A stretch of 64,000 bases of DNA from the human T2T-CHM13v2.0 reference genome, Homo sapiens (GCF_009914755.1 NC_060947.1); one strand, 5' to 3'. Shown: positions 1 through 21,166, counted from the first letter of the stretch. A program made the numbers and translations. Notes: generated by a model not told the origin, from the letters alone.

Positions 1-2620
<2,620 letters not shown>

Positions 2621-2659
2621 TATATATAATATATAAAATAAAAAATATACATAATAAAC

Positions 2660-3206
2660 AGAATATAAAATATTGCTCTTTGGGGCTATTTAAGTTATAA
2701 GTTTTATGTTTTTATGTATTATTTTTAACTTATTTATTGAAGCTATAAATAGCTCCAAAGAAAGAAAAACTTTTCTTGACTCTGGAAAATAAAACATAAA
2801 AAGAATTGGCAATGTTCTAAACAAATATGTCATATAAATTTAATCCTCTATTAGTGTGGTTCCATGTAATTAACTTTTGTTCCACTTGTTGAGTTAGCAA
2901 TCTGCATGAATACGTAAGCTTTTAAATTAGAGTTTTGGAATATTTTACTTAGTCCAATAGTATGATCTTCAACATTATCAGGAAAACCTGTATTCAAGAG
3001 TGCTTGTAAAGGTCCTTTTCATGAATTTTCCTTGAAGAAGCAGCAAATTTGGGGCTGTAGGTGATTATAAACCACTTCTTGAGAAGAATCAAGGTAAAAT
3101 AATAATCTGTGGATGACAAAAGGCTGAGAATAGCCATGATTAAAAATGTAGTTGACTAGGAAATTTGATTATTTCTGTGGAATACAACAGTTTAACATAA
3201 AAATCA
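2660..3206 (-). mobile_element. MER4-group ERV1 non-coding internal sequence, host segment 1
   Basis: AT-rich non-L1 sequence that resumes at 21167 on the far side of the L1 TSD. Later segments of the same host are homologous to the minus-strand provirus at 49692-58574. Confidence 0.55.
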
Positions 3207-3297
3207 AGAGGGGATGGACAACAGAAGCCAAGGTTAGAGTGTGCAGGGCCATGAGCCAAGGAATGCAGGGAGCTCTAGAAGCTGGAAAAAAATTGCT
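3207..3297 (+). mobile_element. MLT1-like (MaLR) LTR fragment between the left TSD and the 5' end of the outer L1
   Basis: GGCCATGAGCCAAGGAATGCAGGGAGCTCTAGAAGCTGGAAAA resembles the MLT1 core GGCCACGAGCCAAGGAATGCAGGCGGCCTCTAGAAGCTGGAAAAGG. L1 5'UTR homology starts only at about 3298. Confidence 0.6.
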
Positions 3298-6200
3298 GAG
3301 GGATCTGGCAGAATGGCTGAATAGGAAAGGCTTGGCTTTACAGCTCTCAGCAAAACCAACACATAAGGTGGGTGATTTCTGCATTTCAAACTGAGTGGTG
3401 CCTGGAACCCCAGTGAGACAAAACCATTCACTCCCCTGGAAAGGGGGCTGAAGCCAGGGAGCCAAGGGGTCTTGCTCAGCAGGTCCCACTGCCACAGAGC
3501 CCAGCAAGCTAAGAACCAGTGGCTTGAAATTCTCGCTGCCAGCACAGCAGTCTGAAGTTGACCTGCGATGATCCAGCTTGGTTGGGGGAGGGGCATCTGT
3601 CATTACTGAGGCTTAAGTAGGTAGTTTTCCCCTGATAGTGCTAAGGAGGCCGGGAAGTTCAGAATGAGCAGATCTCACCACAGTGTGGCAAAGCAGCTGT
3701 GGCCAGACTGCCTCTCTAGATTCCTTCTCACTGTACAGGGCATCTCTAAAAGAAAGGCAGTAGCCCCAGTCAGGGGGTTATAAAAAAACTCCCATCTCCC
3801 TGGGACAGAGCACCTGGGGGAATGGGTGGCTGTGGGCACAGCTTCAGCAGACTTAAACGTTCCTGCCAGCTTGCTCTGAAGTGAGCAGTGGATTCTGACA
3901 AGGTGGTTTTTTCCAGCACAGTGCTTGAGCTCTGCTAAGGGACAGACTGCCTCCTCAAGTGGGTCCCTGACCCCTGTGCCTCCTAACTGGGAGAGACTTC
4001 CCAGCAAGATTTTGACAGACACTTCACACAAGAGACCTCTGGCTGGCATCAGGTGGGTTCCCCTCTGGGATAAAGCTTCCAGAGGAAGGAGCAGGCAGAA
4101 ATCTTTGCTGTTCTGCAGCCTCCACTGGTGATACTCAGGCAAACAGGGTCTGGAGTGGACTTCCAGCAAACTCCAGCAGTCATACAAAAGAGGGGCCTGA
4201 CTGTTAGAAGAAAAAGTAACAAACAGAAAGCAATAACATCAACTTCAACAAAAGGGATTCCCACACAAAAAAACCCATCCAAAAGTCATCAGCCTCAAAG
4301 ATCAAAGGGAGATAAATCCACAAAGATGAGATAAAACCAGTGCAAAAATGCTGAACATTTGAAAAGCTGGAATGCCTCCTCCTCCAAATGATCACAACTC
4401 CTTTCCCCCAAGGGCACTAAACTGGATGGAGAATGAGTTTCATAAATTGACAGAAGTAGGCTTCAGAAGATGGGTAATAACAAACTCATCTGAGCTAAAG
4501 GAGCATGATCTAACTCAGTGCAAGGAAGCTAAGAACCTTGATTAAAGGTTACAGGAACTGCTAACTAGAATAAAGAGTTTAGAGAAGAACATAAATGAGC
4601 TGATGGATCTAAAAAAACACAGCATGAGAACTTCATGAAGCATACACATGTATCAATAGCTGAATCAATCACAGGGAAGAAAGGATATCAGAGATTGAAT
4701 AAGAACTTACTGAAATAAGGTGAGAAGACAAGATTAGAGAAAAAAGAATGAAAAGGAATGAACAAAGCCTCCAATAAATATGGGACTATTTAAAAAGACC
4801 AATCTTATGAATGATTGGTGTACCTGAAAGTGATGGGGAGAGTGGAACCAAGTTGGAAAACACACTTCAAGATATTACCCAGGAAAGCTTTCCCAATCTA
4901 ACAAGACAGACCAACACTCAAATTCAGAAAATACAGAGAACACCACTAAGATACTCCTTGAGAAGAGAAACCTCAAGATACACAATAATCAGATTCTCCA
5001 AGACTAACAGCAGATCTGTCTGCAGAAACCCTACAAGCCAGAAGAGAGTGGGGGCCAATATTCAACATTCTTAAAGAAAAGAATTTTCAACCCAGAATTT
5101 CATATCCAGCCAAACTAAGCTTCATAAGCAAAGGAGAAATAAAATTATTTACAGACAAACAAATGCTGAGGGATATTCTCACCACCAGGCCTGCCTTACA
5201 AGAGCTCCTGAAGGTAGCACTAGATATGGAAATGAAAAAGCAGTACCAGCCACTGCAAAAACACACCAAAATATAAAGACCAATGACACTATATAGAAAC
5301 TGCATCAACTAATGTGAAAAATGACCAGCTAGCATCATGATGACAGGATCAAATTCACACATAACAATATTAGCCTTAAATGTAAAGGGGCTAAATGCCC
5401 AATATTAACTTAACTTTAAATGTAAATGTGCTAAATGCCCTAATTAAAAGACACGGACTGGAAATTGGATAAATAGGCAAGACCCATAGGTGTGCTGTAT
5501 TCAGGAGACCCATCTCACGTGCAAAGACACACAATGGCTCAAAGTAAAGGAAGGGAGGAATATTTACCAAACAAATGGAAAGCAAAGAAAAGCAGGGTTT
5601 GCAATACTAGTCTATGATAAAACAGACTTTAAACCAAGAAAGATTAAAAAGACAAAGTAGGGCATTACAAAATAGTAAAGGAATCAATGCAGCAAGAAGA
5701 GCTAACTATGCTAAATATATATGCATCCAATACAGGAGCACCCAGATTCATAAAACAAGTTCTTAGAGACCTACAGAGAGATGTAGGCTCCCACACAATA
5801 ATAGTGGGAGACTTAACACCCCACTGTCAGTATTAGACAGATCAAAGAAACAGAAAATTAACAAGAATATTTAGTACTTGATTTTGGATCTGGACCAAGT
5901 GAACCTAACAGACGTCTACAAAACTCTCCACCCCAAATCAGTAGAATATACATCCTTCTCAGCACTGCATAGAAAATATTCTAAAATTGACCACATAATT
6001 TGAAGTAAAACACCCTTCAGCAAATGCAAAAGAATGGAAAGCATAACAAACAGTCTCTCAGACTACAGCATAATCAAATTAGAACTCAGAATTAAGAAAC
6101 ACACTCAAACTGCACAACAACATGGAAATTGAACAACTTGCTCCTGAATGACTACTGGGTAAATAATGAAATTAAGGCAATAATAAAGAAGATTTTGGAA

Positions 6201-7131
6201 ACCAAGGACAAAAAACAGACAACATATTAGAATCTCTGAGACACAAAGCAGTGTTAAGAGAGAAATTTATAGCACTAAATACCCACATCACACAGTGAGA
6301 AACATCTAACATCAACACCCTAACATAATAACTTTAAAAAAAAACTAGAGGGGGGAAAAGCCAAGATGGCCAAATAGGAACAGCTCCAGTCTACAGATCC
6401 CAGCATGAGCAACGCAGAAGATGGGTGATTTCTGCATTTCCAACTGAGGTACCGGGTTCATCTGACTGGGGAGTGCCAGACAGTAGGTGCAGGACAGTGG
6501 GTGCAGTGCACCGTGTGCAAGCCAAAGCAGAGCGAGGCATTGCCTCACCCAGGAAGCACAACGGGTCAGGGAATTCCCTTTCCTAGTCAAAGAAAGGGGT
6601 GACAGACAGCACCTGGAAAATTGGGTCACTCTCACCCTAATAACATGCTTTTCCAATGGGCTTCAAAAATGGCACACCAGGAGATTATACCCCGCACATG
6701 GCTTGGAGGGTCTTATGCCCACAGACCTCACTCATTGCTAGCATAGCAGTCTGACATCAAACTTCAACGTGGCAGCAAGGCTGGGGGAGGGGCACCCGCC
6801 ATTGCTGAGTTAGTTGTTTGATTAGGCAAAAAAAGCTGCCTGGAAGCTCGAACTGGGTGGAGCCCATCACAGCTCAAGGAGGCCTGCCGGCTTCTGTAGG
6901 CTCCCCCTCTAGGGGCAGGGCACAGACAAAGAAAAAGACAGCAGTAACCACTGCAGACTTAAATGTCCCTCTCTGACAGCTTTGAAGAGAGTAGTGGTTC
7001 TCCCAGCATGCACCTTGAGATCTGAGAACAGGCAGACTGCCTTCTCAAGTGGGTCCCTGACCCCCCAGTAGCCTAACTGGGAGGCACTCCCCAGCAGGGG
7101 CAGACTGACACCTCACAAGGCCAGGTACTCC

Positions 7132-7259
7132 TCTGAGACAAAACTTCCAGAGGAACAATCAGGCAGCAGCATTTGCGGTTCACCAATATCCGCTGTTCTG
7201 CAGCCACAACTGCTGATACCCAGGCAAAGAGAGTCTGGAGTGGACCTCTAGCAAACTCC
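7132..7259 (+). promoter_or_regulatory. About 129-bp L1 5'UTR segment carrying the ZNF93 binding site (retained in the middle L1)
   Basis: Present here between two ACTCC copies and absent at the equivalent junction (12950/12951) of the inner L1. Matches the known 5'UTR deletion that arose in the L1PA3 lineage. Confidence 0.8.
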
Positions 7260-9422
7260 AACAGACCTGCAGCTGAGGGTCCTGTCTGTTAGAAGGAAAA
7301 CTAACAAACAGAAAGGACATTCGCACCAAAAACCCATCTGTACATCACCATCATCAAAGACCAAAGGTATATAAAACCACAAAGAAGTGGAAAACACAGA
7401 GCAGAAAAACTGGAAACTCTAAAAATCAGAGCACCTCTCCTCCAAGGAACGCAGCTCCTCACCAGCAACGGAACAAAGCTGGACAGAGAATGACTTTGAT
7501 GAGTTGAGAGAAGAAGGCTTCAGATGATCAAACTACTCTGAGCTACAGGAGGAAACTCGATCCAATAGCAAAGAAGTTAAAAGATGTGAAAAAAATTCGA
7601 GGAATGGACAACTAGAATAACCAATGCAGAGAAGTCCTTAAAGGACCTGATGGAGCTGAAAACCAAGGCACGAGAACTACATGACAAATGCAGAAGACTC
7701 AGTGTACGATGCGATCAACTGGAAGAAAGGGTATCAGTGATTGAAGATCAAATGAATGAAATGAAGCGAGAAGAGAAGTTTAGAGAAAAAAGAATAAAAT
7801 GAAATGAAAAAAGCCTCCAAGAAATATGGGACTATGTAAAAAGACCAAATTTATGTCTCATTGGTGTACCTGAAAGTGATGGGGAGAATGGAACCAAGTT
7901 GGAAAACACTCTGAAGGATGTTATCCAGGAGAACTTCCCCAATCTAGAAAGGCAGGCCAAAATTCAAATTCCAGAAATACAACGCACGCCACAAAGATAC
8001 TCCTCGAGAAGAACACCTACAACACACATAATTGTCAGATTCACCAAAGTTGAAATGAAGGAAAAAATGTTAAGGGCAGCCAGAGAGAAAGGTCGGGTTA
8101 CACACAAAGGGAAGCCCATCAGACTAACAGCTGATCTCTTGGCAGAAACACTACAAGCCAGAAGAGAGTGGGGACCAATATTCAACAATCTTACAGAAAA
8201 GAAATTTCAACCCAGAATTTCATGTCCAGCCAAACTAAGCTTCATAAGTGGAGGAGAAATAAAATCCTTTACAGACAAGCAATTGCTGAGAGATTTTATC
8301 TCCACAAGGCTGGCCCTAAAAGAGTTCCTGAAGGAAGCACTAAACATGGAAAGGAGCAACCAGTACCAGCCACTGCAAAAACATGCCAAATTGTAAAGAC
8401 CATTAAGGCTAGGAAGAAACGCGATCAACTAACGAGCAAAATGACCAGCTAACATCATAATGACAGGATCAGATTCACACATAACAATATTAACTTTAAA
8501 TGTAAATGGGCTAAATGCTCCAATTAAAAGACAAAGACTGGCAAGTTGGATAGAGTCAAGAACCATCAGTGGGTTGTATTCAGGAAACCCATCTCATGTG
8601 CAGAGCCACACATAGGCTCAAAATAAAGGGATGGAGGAAGATCTACAAAGCAAATGGAAAACAAAAAAAGGCAGGGGTTGCAATCCTAGTTTCTGATAAA
8701 ACAGACTTTAAACCAACAAAGATCAAAAGAGACAAGGCCATTACATAATGGTAAAGGGATCAATTCAACAAGAAGAGCTAACTACCCTAAATATATATGC
8801 ACCCAATACAGGAGCACCCAGATTCATAAAGCAAGTCCTGAGTGACCTACAAAGAGACTTAGACTCCCACACAATAATAATGGGAGACTTTAACACCCCA
8901 TTGTCAACATTAGACAGATCAACGATACAGAAAGTTAAGAAGGATACCCAGGAATTGAACTCAGCTCTGCACCAAGCAGACCTAATAGACATCTACAGAA
9001 CTCTCCACCCCAAATCAACAGAATATACATTCTTTTCATCACCACACCACACCTACTCCAAAATTGCACACATAGTTGGAAGTAAAGCACTCCTCAGTTA
9101 ATGTAAAAGAACAGAAATTATAACAAACTGTCTCTCAGACCACATTGCTACCAAACTAGAACTCAGGATTAAGGAACTCATTCAAAACTGCTCAACTAAA
9201 TGGAAACTGAACAACGTGCTCCTGAATGACTTCCAGGTACATAATGAAATGAAGGCAGAAATAAAGATGTTCTTTGAAACCAAGGAGAACAAAGACACAA
9301 CATACCAGAATCTCTGGGACACATTCAAAGCAGTGTGTAGAGGGAAATTTATAGCAATAAATGCCCACAAGAGAAAGGAGGAAAGATCTAAAATTGACAC
9401 CCTAACATCACAATTAAAATAA

Positions 9423-9545
<123 letters not shown>

Positions 9546-10920
9546 TAGTTTTCTGAAAAGATCAACAAAATTGACAGACCACTAGCAAGATTAATAAAGA
9601 AGAAAAGAGAGAAGACTCAAATAGACGCATTAAAAATTGATAAAGGGCATATCACCACAGAAATACAATCTACCATCAGAGAATACTATAAACACCTCTA
9701 TGCAAATAAATTAGAAAATCTAGAAGAAATGCATAAATTCCTGGACACATACATCCACCCAAGACTAAACCAGGAAGAAGTTGAGTCTCTGAATAGACCA
9801 ATAACAGGCTCTGAAATTGAGGCAATAATCAACAGCTTACCAACCAAAAAAAGTCCAGGACCAGATGGATTCACAGCCGAATTCTACCAGAGGTACAAAG
9901 AGGAGCTGGTACCATTCCTTCTGAGACTATTCTGATTGATAGAAACAGAGGGAATCCTCCTTAACTCATTTTCTGAGGACAGCATCATCCTGATACCAAA
10001 GCCTGGCAGAGACACAACCAAAAAAGAGAATTTTAGACCAATATCCTTGATGAACATCAATGCAAAAATCCTCAATAAAATAAAGGCAAACCAAATCCAG
10101 CAGCACTTCAAAATGCTTATCCACCATAATCAAGTGGGCTTCATCCCTGGGATGCAAGGCTGATTCAACATATGTAAATCAATAAATGTAATCCAGCCTA
10201 TAAAGAGAACCAAAGACAAAAACCACATGATTGTCTCAATAGATGCAGAAAAGGCCTTTGACAAAATTCAACAACCCCTCATGATAAAATCTCTCAATAA
10301 ATTAAGTATCAATGGGACGTATCTCAAAATAATAAGAGCTATCTATGAAAAACCCAAAACCAATATCATACTGAATGGACAAAAACTGGAAGCATTCCCT
10401 TTGAAAACGGGCACAAGACAGGGATGCCCTCTCTCACGACTCCTATTCAACATAGTGTTGGAAGTTCTGGCCAGGGCAATCAGGCAGGAGAAGGAAATAA
10501 AAGGTATTCAATTAGGAAAAGAGGAAGTCAAATTGTCCCTGTTTGCAGGTGACATGATTGTATATCTAGAAAACCCCATCATCTCAGCCCAAAATCTTCT
10601 CAAGCTGGTAACCAACTTCAGCAAAGTCTCAGCATACAAAATCAATGTACAAAAATCACAAGCATTCTTATACACCAATAACAGACAAACAGAGAGCCAA
10701 ATCATGAGTGAACACCCATTCACAATTGCTTCAAAAAAATAAAATACCTAGGAATCCAACTTACAAGGGATGTGAAGGACCTCTTCAAGGAGAACTACAA
10801 ACCACTGCACAATGAAATAAAAGAGGATACAAACAAATGGAAGGACATTCCATGTTCATGGGTAGGAAGAATCAATATCGTGAAAAAGGCCATACTGCCC
10901 AAGGTAATTTATAGATTTAA

Positions 10921-11328
<408 letters not shown>

Positions 11329-12168
11329 TGAGTTAAAGACTTAAATGTTAGACCTAAAACCATGAAAACCCTAGAACAAACCTAGGCAATACCATTCAGG
11401 ACATAAGCATGTGCAAGTGCTTCATGTCTGAAACACCAAAAGCAATGGCAACAAAAGCCAAAATTGACAAATGGGATCTAATTAAACTCAAGAGCTTCTG
11501 CACAACAAAAGAAACTACCATCAGAGTGAACAGGCAACCTACAAAATGGGAGAAAATTTTTGCAACCTACTCATCTGACAAAGGGCTAATATCCAGAATC
11601 TACAATGAACTCAAACAAATTTATAAGAAAAAAACAAACAACCCCATCAAAAAGTGGACAAAGTATATGAACAGGCACTTCTGAAAAGAAGACATTTATG
11701 CAGCCGAAAAAGACATGAAGAAATGCTCATCATCACTGGCCATCAGAGAAATGCAAATCAAAACCACAATGAGATATAATCTCACACCAGTTCGAATGGT
11801 GATCATTAAAAAGTCAGGAAACAACAGGTGCTAGAGAGGATGTGGAGAAATAGGAAGACTTTTACACTGTTGGTGGGACTGTAAACTAGTTCAACCATTG
11901 TGGAAGTCAGTGTGGCGATTCCTCAGGGATCTAGAATTAGAAATACCATTTGACCCAGCCATCCCATTACTGGGTATATACCCAAAGGATTTTAAATCAT
12001 GCTGGTATAAAGACACGTGCAAACGTATGTTTATTGCGGCACTATTCACAATAGCAAAGACTTGGAACCAACCTAAATGTCCAACAACGAAAAACTGGAT
12101 TAAGAAAATGTGGCACATATACACCATGGAATACTATGCAGCCATAAAAAATGATGAGTTCGGATTTC

Positions 12169-13075
12169 GGGGGGAGGAGCCAAGATGGCCGAATAGGAAC
12201 AGCTCCAGTCTACAGCTCCCAGCATGAGCGACGAAGAAGACGGGTGATTTCTGCATTTCCATCTGAGGTACCGGGTTCATCTCACTAGGGAGTGCCAGAC
12301 AGTGGACGCAGGTCAGTGGGTGTGCGCACCATGCGTGAGACGAAGCAGGGCAAGGCATTGTCTCACCAGGGAAGCGCAAGGGGTCAGGGAGTTCCCTTTC
12401 TGAGTCAAAGAAATTGGTGATGGACGGCACCTGGAAAATCGGGTCACTCCCACCCGAATACTGTGCTTTTCTGATAGGCTTAAAAAACGGCGCACCACGA
12501 GATTATATCCCGCACCTGGCTCGGAGGTTCCTACGCCCAAGGAGTCTTGCTGATTGCTAGCACAGCAGTCTGAGATCAAACTACAAGGTGGCAGCGAGGC
12601 TGGGGGAGGGGCGCCCACCATTGCCCAGGCTTGATTAGGTAAACAAGGCAGCCTGGAACCTCGAACTGGGTGGAGCCCAACACAGCTCAAGGAGGCCTGT
12701 CTGCCTCTGTAGGCTCCACCTCTGGGGGCAGGGCACAGACAAACAAAAAGACAGCAGTAACCTCTGCAGACTTAAATGTCCCTGTCTGACAGCTTTGAAG
12801 AGAGCAGTGGTTCTCCCAGCACGCAGCTGGAGATCTGAGAATGGGCAGACTGCCTCCTCAAGTGGGTCCCTGACCCCTGACCCCTGAGCAGCCTAACTGG
12901 GAGTCACCCCCCAGCAGGGGCACACTGACACCACACACGGAGGGTACTCCAACAGACCTGCAACTGAGGGTCCTCTCTGTTAGAAGGAAAACTAACAAAC
13001 AGAAAGGACATCCACACCAAAAACCCATCTGTACATCACCATCATCAAAGAACAAAAATAGATAAAACCACAAAG
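12169..13075 (+). promoter_or_regulatory. L1PA2-like 5'UTR: internal sense promoter and antisense promoter
   Basis: Intact YY1 motif CAAGATGGCCG at 12181-12191. Partly CpG-rich and colinear with the young L1 5'UTR up to the ORF1 ATG at 13076. Confidence 0.8.
12313..12621 (-). CDS. L1 ORF0 (antisense 5'UTR ORF), open for 102 codons
   Basis: ATG at 12621 gives MVGAPPPASLPPCSLISDCCASNQQDSLGVGTSEPGAGYNLVVRRFLS..., recognisably ORF0p. It lies inside ORF-track entry 12313..12690. Expression unknown. Confidence 0.65.
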   Translation of the reverse strand: MVGAPPPASLPPCSLISDCCASNQQDSLGVGTSEPGAGYNLVVRRFLSLSEKHSIRVGVTRFSRCRPSPISLTQKGNSLTPCASLVRQCLALLRLTHGAHTH

Positions 13076-14093
13076 ATGGGGAAAAAACAGAACAGAAAAA
13101 CCGGAAACTCTAAAAAGCAGAGCACCTCTCCTCCTCCAAAGGAACGCAGTTCCTCACAAGCAACGGAACAAAGCTGGACGGACAATGACTTTGACGAGCT
13201 GAGAGAAGAAGCCTTCAGACGATCAAATTACTCTGAGCTACGGGAGGACATTCAAACCAAAGGCAAAGAAGTTGAAAACTTTGAAAAAAAATTTAGAAGA
13301 ATGTATAACTAGAATAACCAATACAGAGAAGTGCTGAAAGGAGCTGATGGAGCTGAAAACCAAGGCTCGAGAACTACGTGAAGAATGCAGAAGCCTCAGG
13401 AGCCAATGCGATCAACTGGAAGAAAGGGCATCAGTGATGGAAGATGAAATGAATGAAATGAAGCGAGAAGGGAAGTTTAGAGAAAAAAGAATAAAAAGAA
13501 ATCAGCAAAGCCTCCAAGAAATATGGGACTATGTGAAAAGACCAAATCTACGTCTCATTGGTGTGCCTGAAAGTGATGGGGAGGATGTAACCAAGTTGGA
13601 AAACACTCTGCAGGATATTATTCAGGAGAACTTCCCCAATCTAGCAAGGCAGGCCAACGTTCAGATTCAGGAAATACAGAGAACGCCACAAAGATACTCC
13701 TCGAGAAGAGCAACTCCAAGACACATAATTGTCAGATTCACCAAAGTTGAAATGAAGGAAAAAATGTTAAGGGCAGTCAGAGAGAAAGGTCGGGTTACCC
13801 TCAAAGGGAAGCCCATCAGACTAACAGTGGATCTCTCAGCAGAAACCCTACAAGCCAGAAGAGAGTGGGGGCCAATATTCAACATTCTTAAAGATAAGAA
13901 TTTTCAAACCAGAATTTCGTATACAGCCAAACTAAGCTTCATAAGTGAAGGAGAAATAAAATACTTTACAGACAAGCAAATGCTGAGAGATTTTCTCACC
14001 ACCAGGCCTGCCTTACAAGAGCTCCTGAAGGAAGCATTAAACATGGAAAGGAACAACCGGTACCAGCCGCTGCAAAATCATGCCAAAATGTAA
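13076..14093 (+). pseudogene. L1 ORF1p of the inner element, disrupted
   Basis: MGKKQNRKTGNSKKQS...RYQPLQNHAKM. A +1 frameshift in the A8 run at 13284-13291 and an in-frame TGA at 13335-13337. Confidence 0.93.
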
Positions 14094-14156
14094 AGACCAT
14101 CGAGACTAGGAAGAAACTGCATCAACTAACTAGCAAAATAACCAGCTAACATCATA

Positions 14157-17982
<3,826 letters not shown>

Positions 17983-20900
17983 ACAATGAGATCACATGGA
18001 CACAGGAAGGGGAATATCACACTCTGGGGACTGTTATGGGGTGGTGGGAGGGGGGAGGGATAGCATCGGGAGATATACCTAATGCTAGATGATGAGTTAG
18101 TGGGTGCAGCGCACCAGCATGGCACATGTATACATATGTAACTAACCTGCACAATGTGCAAATGTACCCTAAAACTTAAAGTATAATAAAAAAAAAATGA
18201 TAAGTTCATGTCCTTTTTAGGGACATGGATGAAACTGGAAACCATCATTCTCAGCAAACTATCGCAAGGACAAGAAACCAAACGCCACATGTTCTCACTC
18301 ATAGGTGGGAATTGAACGATGAGAGCACATGGACACAGGAAGGGGAACATCACACACTGGGGATTGTTTTGGGGTGGGGGAGGGGGAGGGATAGCATTAG
18401 GAGATATACCTAATGCTAAATGACGAGTTAATGGGTGCAGCAAACCAGCATTGCACATGTATACATATGTAACAAACCTGCACCTTGTGCACATGTACCC
18501 TAAAACTTAAAGTATAATAATAATAAAATTTAAAAAAAATAGAGAAGCAAGAGCAACCAAATTCAATAGCTCGCAGAAGACAAGAAATAACTAAGATCAG
18601 AGCATAACTGAAGGAGGTAGAGACACAGAAAACCTTCAAAGAAATCAATGAATGAGGAGCTTGTTTTTTGAAAAGTTTAACAGAATAGACAGACCACTAG
18701 GCATATTAATAAAGAAAAAAAGAGAGAAGAATTAAATAGCATAAAAAATGATAAAGGAGATATCAGCACTGATCCCCCAAAAATACAAACTAGAGAATAT
18801 TTTAAACACCTCTGCACAATAAACTAGAAAATCTAGAAGAAAGGAGTACATTCCTGGACACATAGACCATTCCAAGACTAAAGCAGGAAGAAGTTCAATC
18901 CCAGAATAACAAGTTCTGAAATTACAATAACAAGTTCAGAAATTGAGGCAGTAATTAGTAGCCTACCAACCAAAAAAAAAAGGACACGACCAGATGGATT
19001 CACAGCTGTATTTGACCAGAGGTACCAACAGGAGCTGGTACCATTTCTTCTGAAACTTTTCCAAAAAATCAAAAAGGAGGAACTCTTCTCTAACTCGTTT
19101 TATGAGGCCATCATTGACCTGATACAAAAACGTATCAGAGACACAACAAAACAAGAAAATTTCAGGCCAATAACTCTGTTGAACATCAATGCAAAAATCC
19201 TCAATAAAACACTGGCAGACCAAATCCAGCAGCACATCACAAAGCTTATCCACTATGATCAAGTCAGCTTCATCACTGGGATGCAATGCTGGTTCAACAT
19301 ACACTAATCAATAAACATAATCCACCACATAAACAGAACCAAAGACAAAAACCACATAATTATCTCAACAGATGCAGAAAAGGCCTTTGATAAAATTCAA
19401 CTCCCCTTCATGCGAAAAACTCTCAATAAACTAGGTGTTGATGGAACACAACTCAAAAAAATAAGAGGTATTTATGACAATCCCATAGTCAATATCATAT
19501 TGAATGGGTAAAAGCTGGAAACATTCCCTCGGAAAACTGGCACAAGACAGGGATGCCCTCACTCACCACTGCTATTCAACATAGTATTGGTAGTTCTGGC
19601 CAGGGCAATGAGGCAAGAGTAAGAAATAAAAGGTATTCAAATAGGAAGAGAGGAAGTCAAATTGTCTCTGTTTGCAGATGATGTAATTTTGTATTTAGAA
19701 AACCCCATTTTCTCTTCCCCAAAACCCGTTAAACTGATAAGCAACTTCAGCGAAGTCTCAGGATACAAAATCAATGTGCAAAAATCACAAGCATTCCTAT
19801 ATGCCAATAACCGACAAGCAGAGAGCGAAATCATGAGTGAATACCCATTCACAATTGCTACAAAGAGAATAAAATATCTAGGAATACAACTTACAAAGGA
19901 CATGAAGGGCCTCTTCAAGGAGAACTACAAATCACTTTTCAAGCAAATAAGAGAAGACCCAAACAAATGGGAATACATTTCATGCTCATGGATAGGAAGA
20001 ATCAATATCATGAAAATGGTTATACTGCCCAAAGTAATCTACAGATTCAATGCTATTCCCATCAGGCTACCATTGACTTTCTTCACAGAATTAGAAAAAA
20101 GTACTTTAAATTTTATATGGAACCAAAAAAGAGCCCATATAGCCAAGACAATCCTAAGCAATAAAACAAAGCTGGAGACATCACTTTACCTGACTTCAAA
20201 CTATACTATAAGGTTACAGTAACCAAGGCAGCATGGTACTGATACCAAAACAGATATATAGACCAAGGGAACAGAACAGAGGCCTCAGAAATAACACCAC
20301 ACATCTACAATCATCTGATCTTCGACCAACCTGACAAAAACAAGCAATGGGTAAAGAATTCCCTATTTAAAAAATGGTGCTGGGGAAATTGGCTAGGCAT
20401 ATGCAGAAAACAGAAACTGGACCCTTTTCTTACACCTTATACAAAAATTAGCTCAAGATGGATTAAAGACTTAAATATAAAACCTAAAATCCTAAAAACT
20501 CTAGAAGAAAACCTAGGCAATACCATTCAGTGGGAGTGTCAATTAGTTCAGACATTGTGTAAGACAGTGTGGAAATTTCTCAAAGATCTAGAACAAGAAA
20601 TACCATTTGACCCAGCAATCCAATTACTGGGTATATACCCAAAGAATTATAAATCATTCAACTAAAAAGACACATGCTCACATATGTTTCTTGCAGCACT
20701 ATTTAAAATAGCAAAGACTTGGAACCAACCCAAATGTCCATCAATGTTAGACTGGATAAAGAAAGTGTAACACATATACACTTTGGAATACTATGCAGTC
20801 ACAAAAATTAATGAGTTCATGTCCTTTGCAGGGGCATGGATGAAGCTGGAAACCATAATTCTCAGCAAACTAACACAGGAACAGAAAACCAAACGCAGCA

Positions 20901-21166
20901 TGTTCTCACTCATAAGTGGAAGTTGAACAATGAGAACACACGGACACAGGGAGGGGATCATCACACACTGGGGCTGTTTTGGGGTTGGGGGCAATGGGAG
21001 CAAGAGCATTCAGACAAATACCTAATGCATGCAAGGCTTATAACCTAGATGATGAGTTGACTGGTGCAGCAAACCACCATGGCACATGTATACCTGTGTA
21101 ACAAACCTGCATGTTCTGCACATATATCTCAGAACTTAAAGTTAAAAAAAAAAAACATAAAACTCA

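Noticed and set aside
5365-5440. Short local duplications in old L1s (also 18905-18944 and about 26788-26832)
   Set aside because: Ordinary 20-35 bp slippage duplications in neutrally decaying sequence.
12858-13073. 71-aa antisense ORF in the L1 5'UTR, same length as ORF0
   Set aside because: Wrong position and sequence; the true ORF0 homologue starts at 12621.
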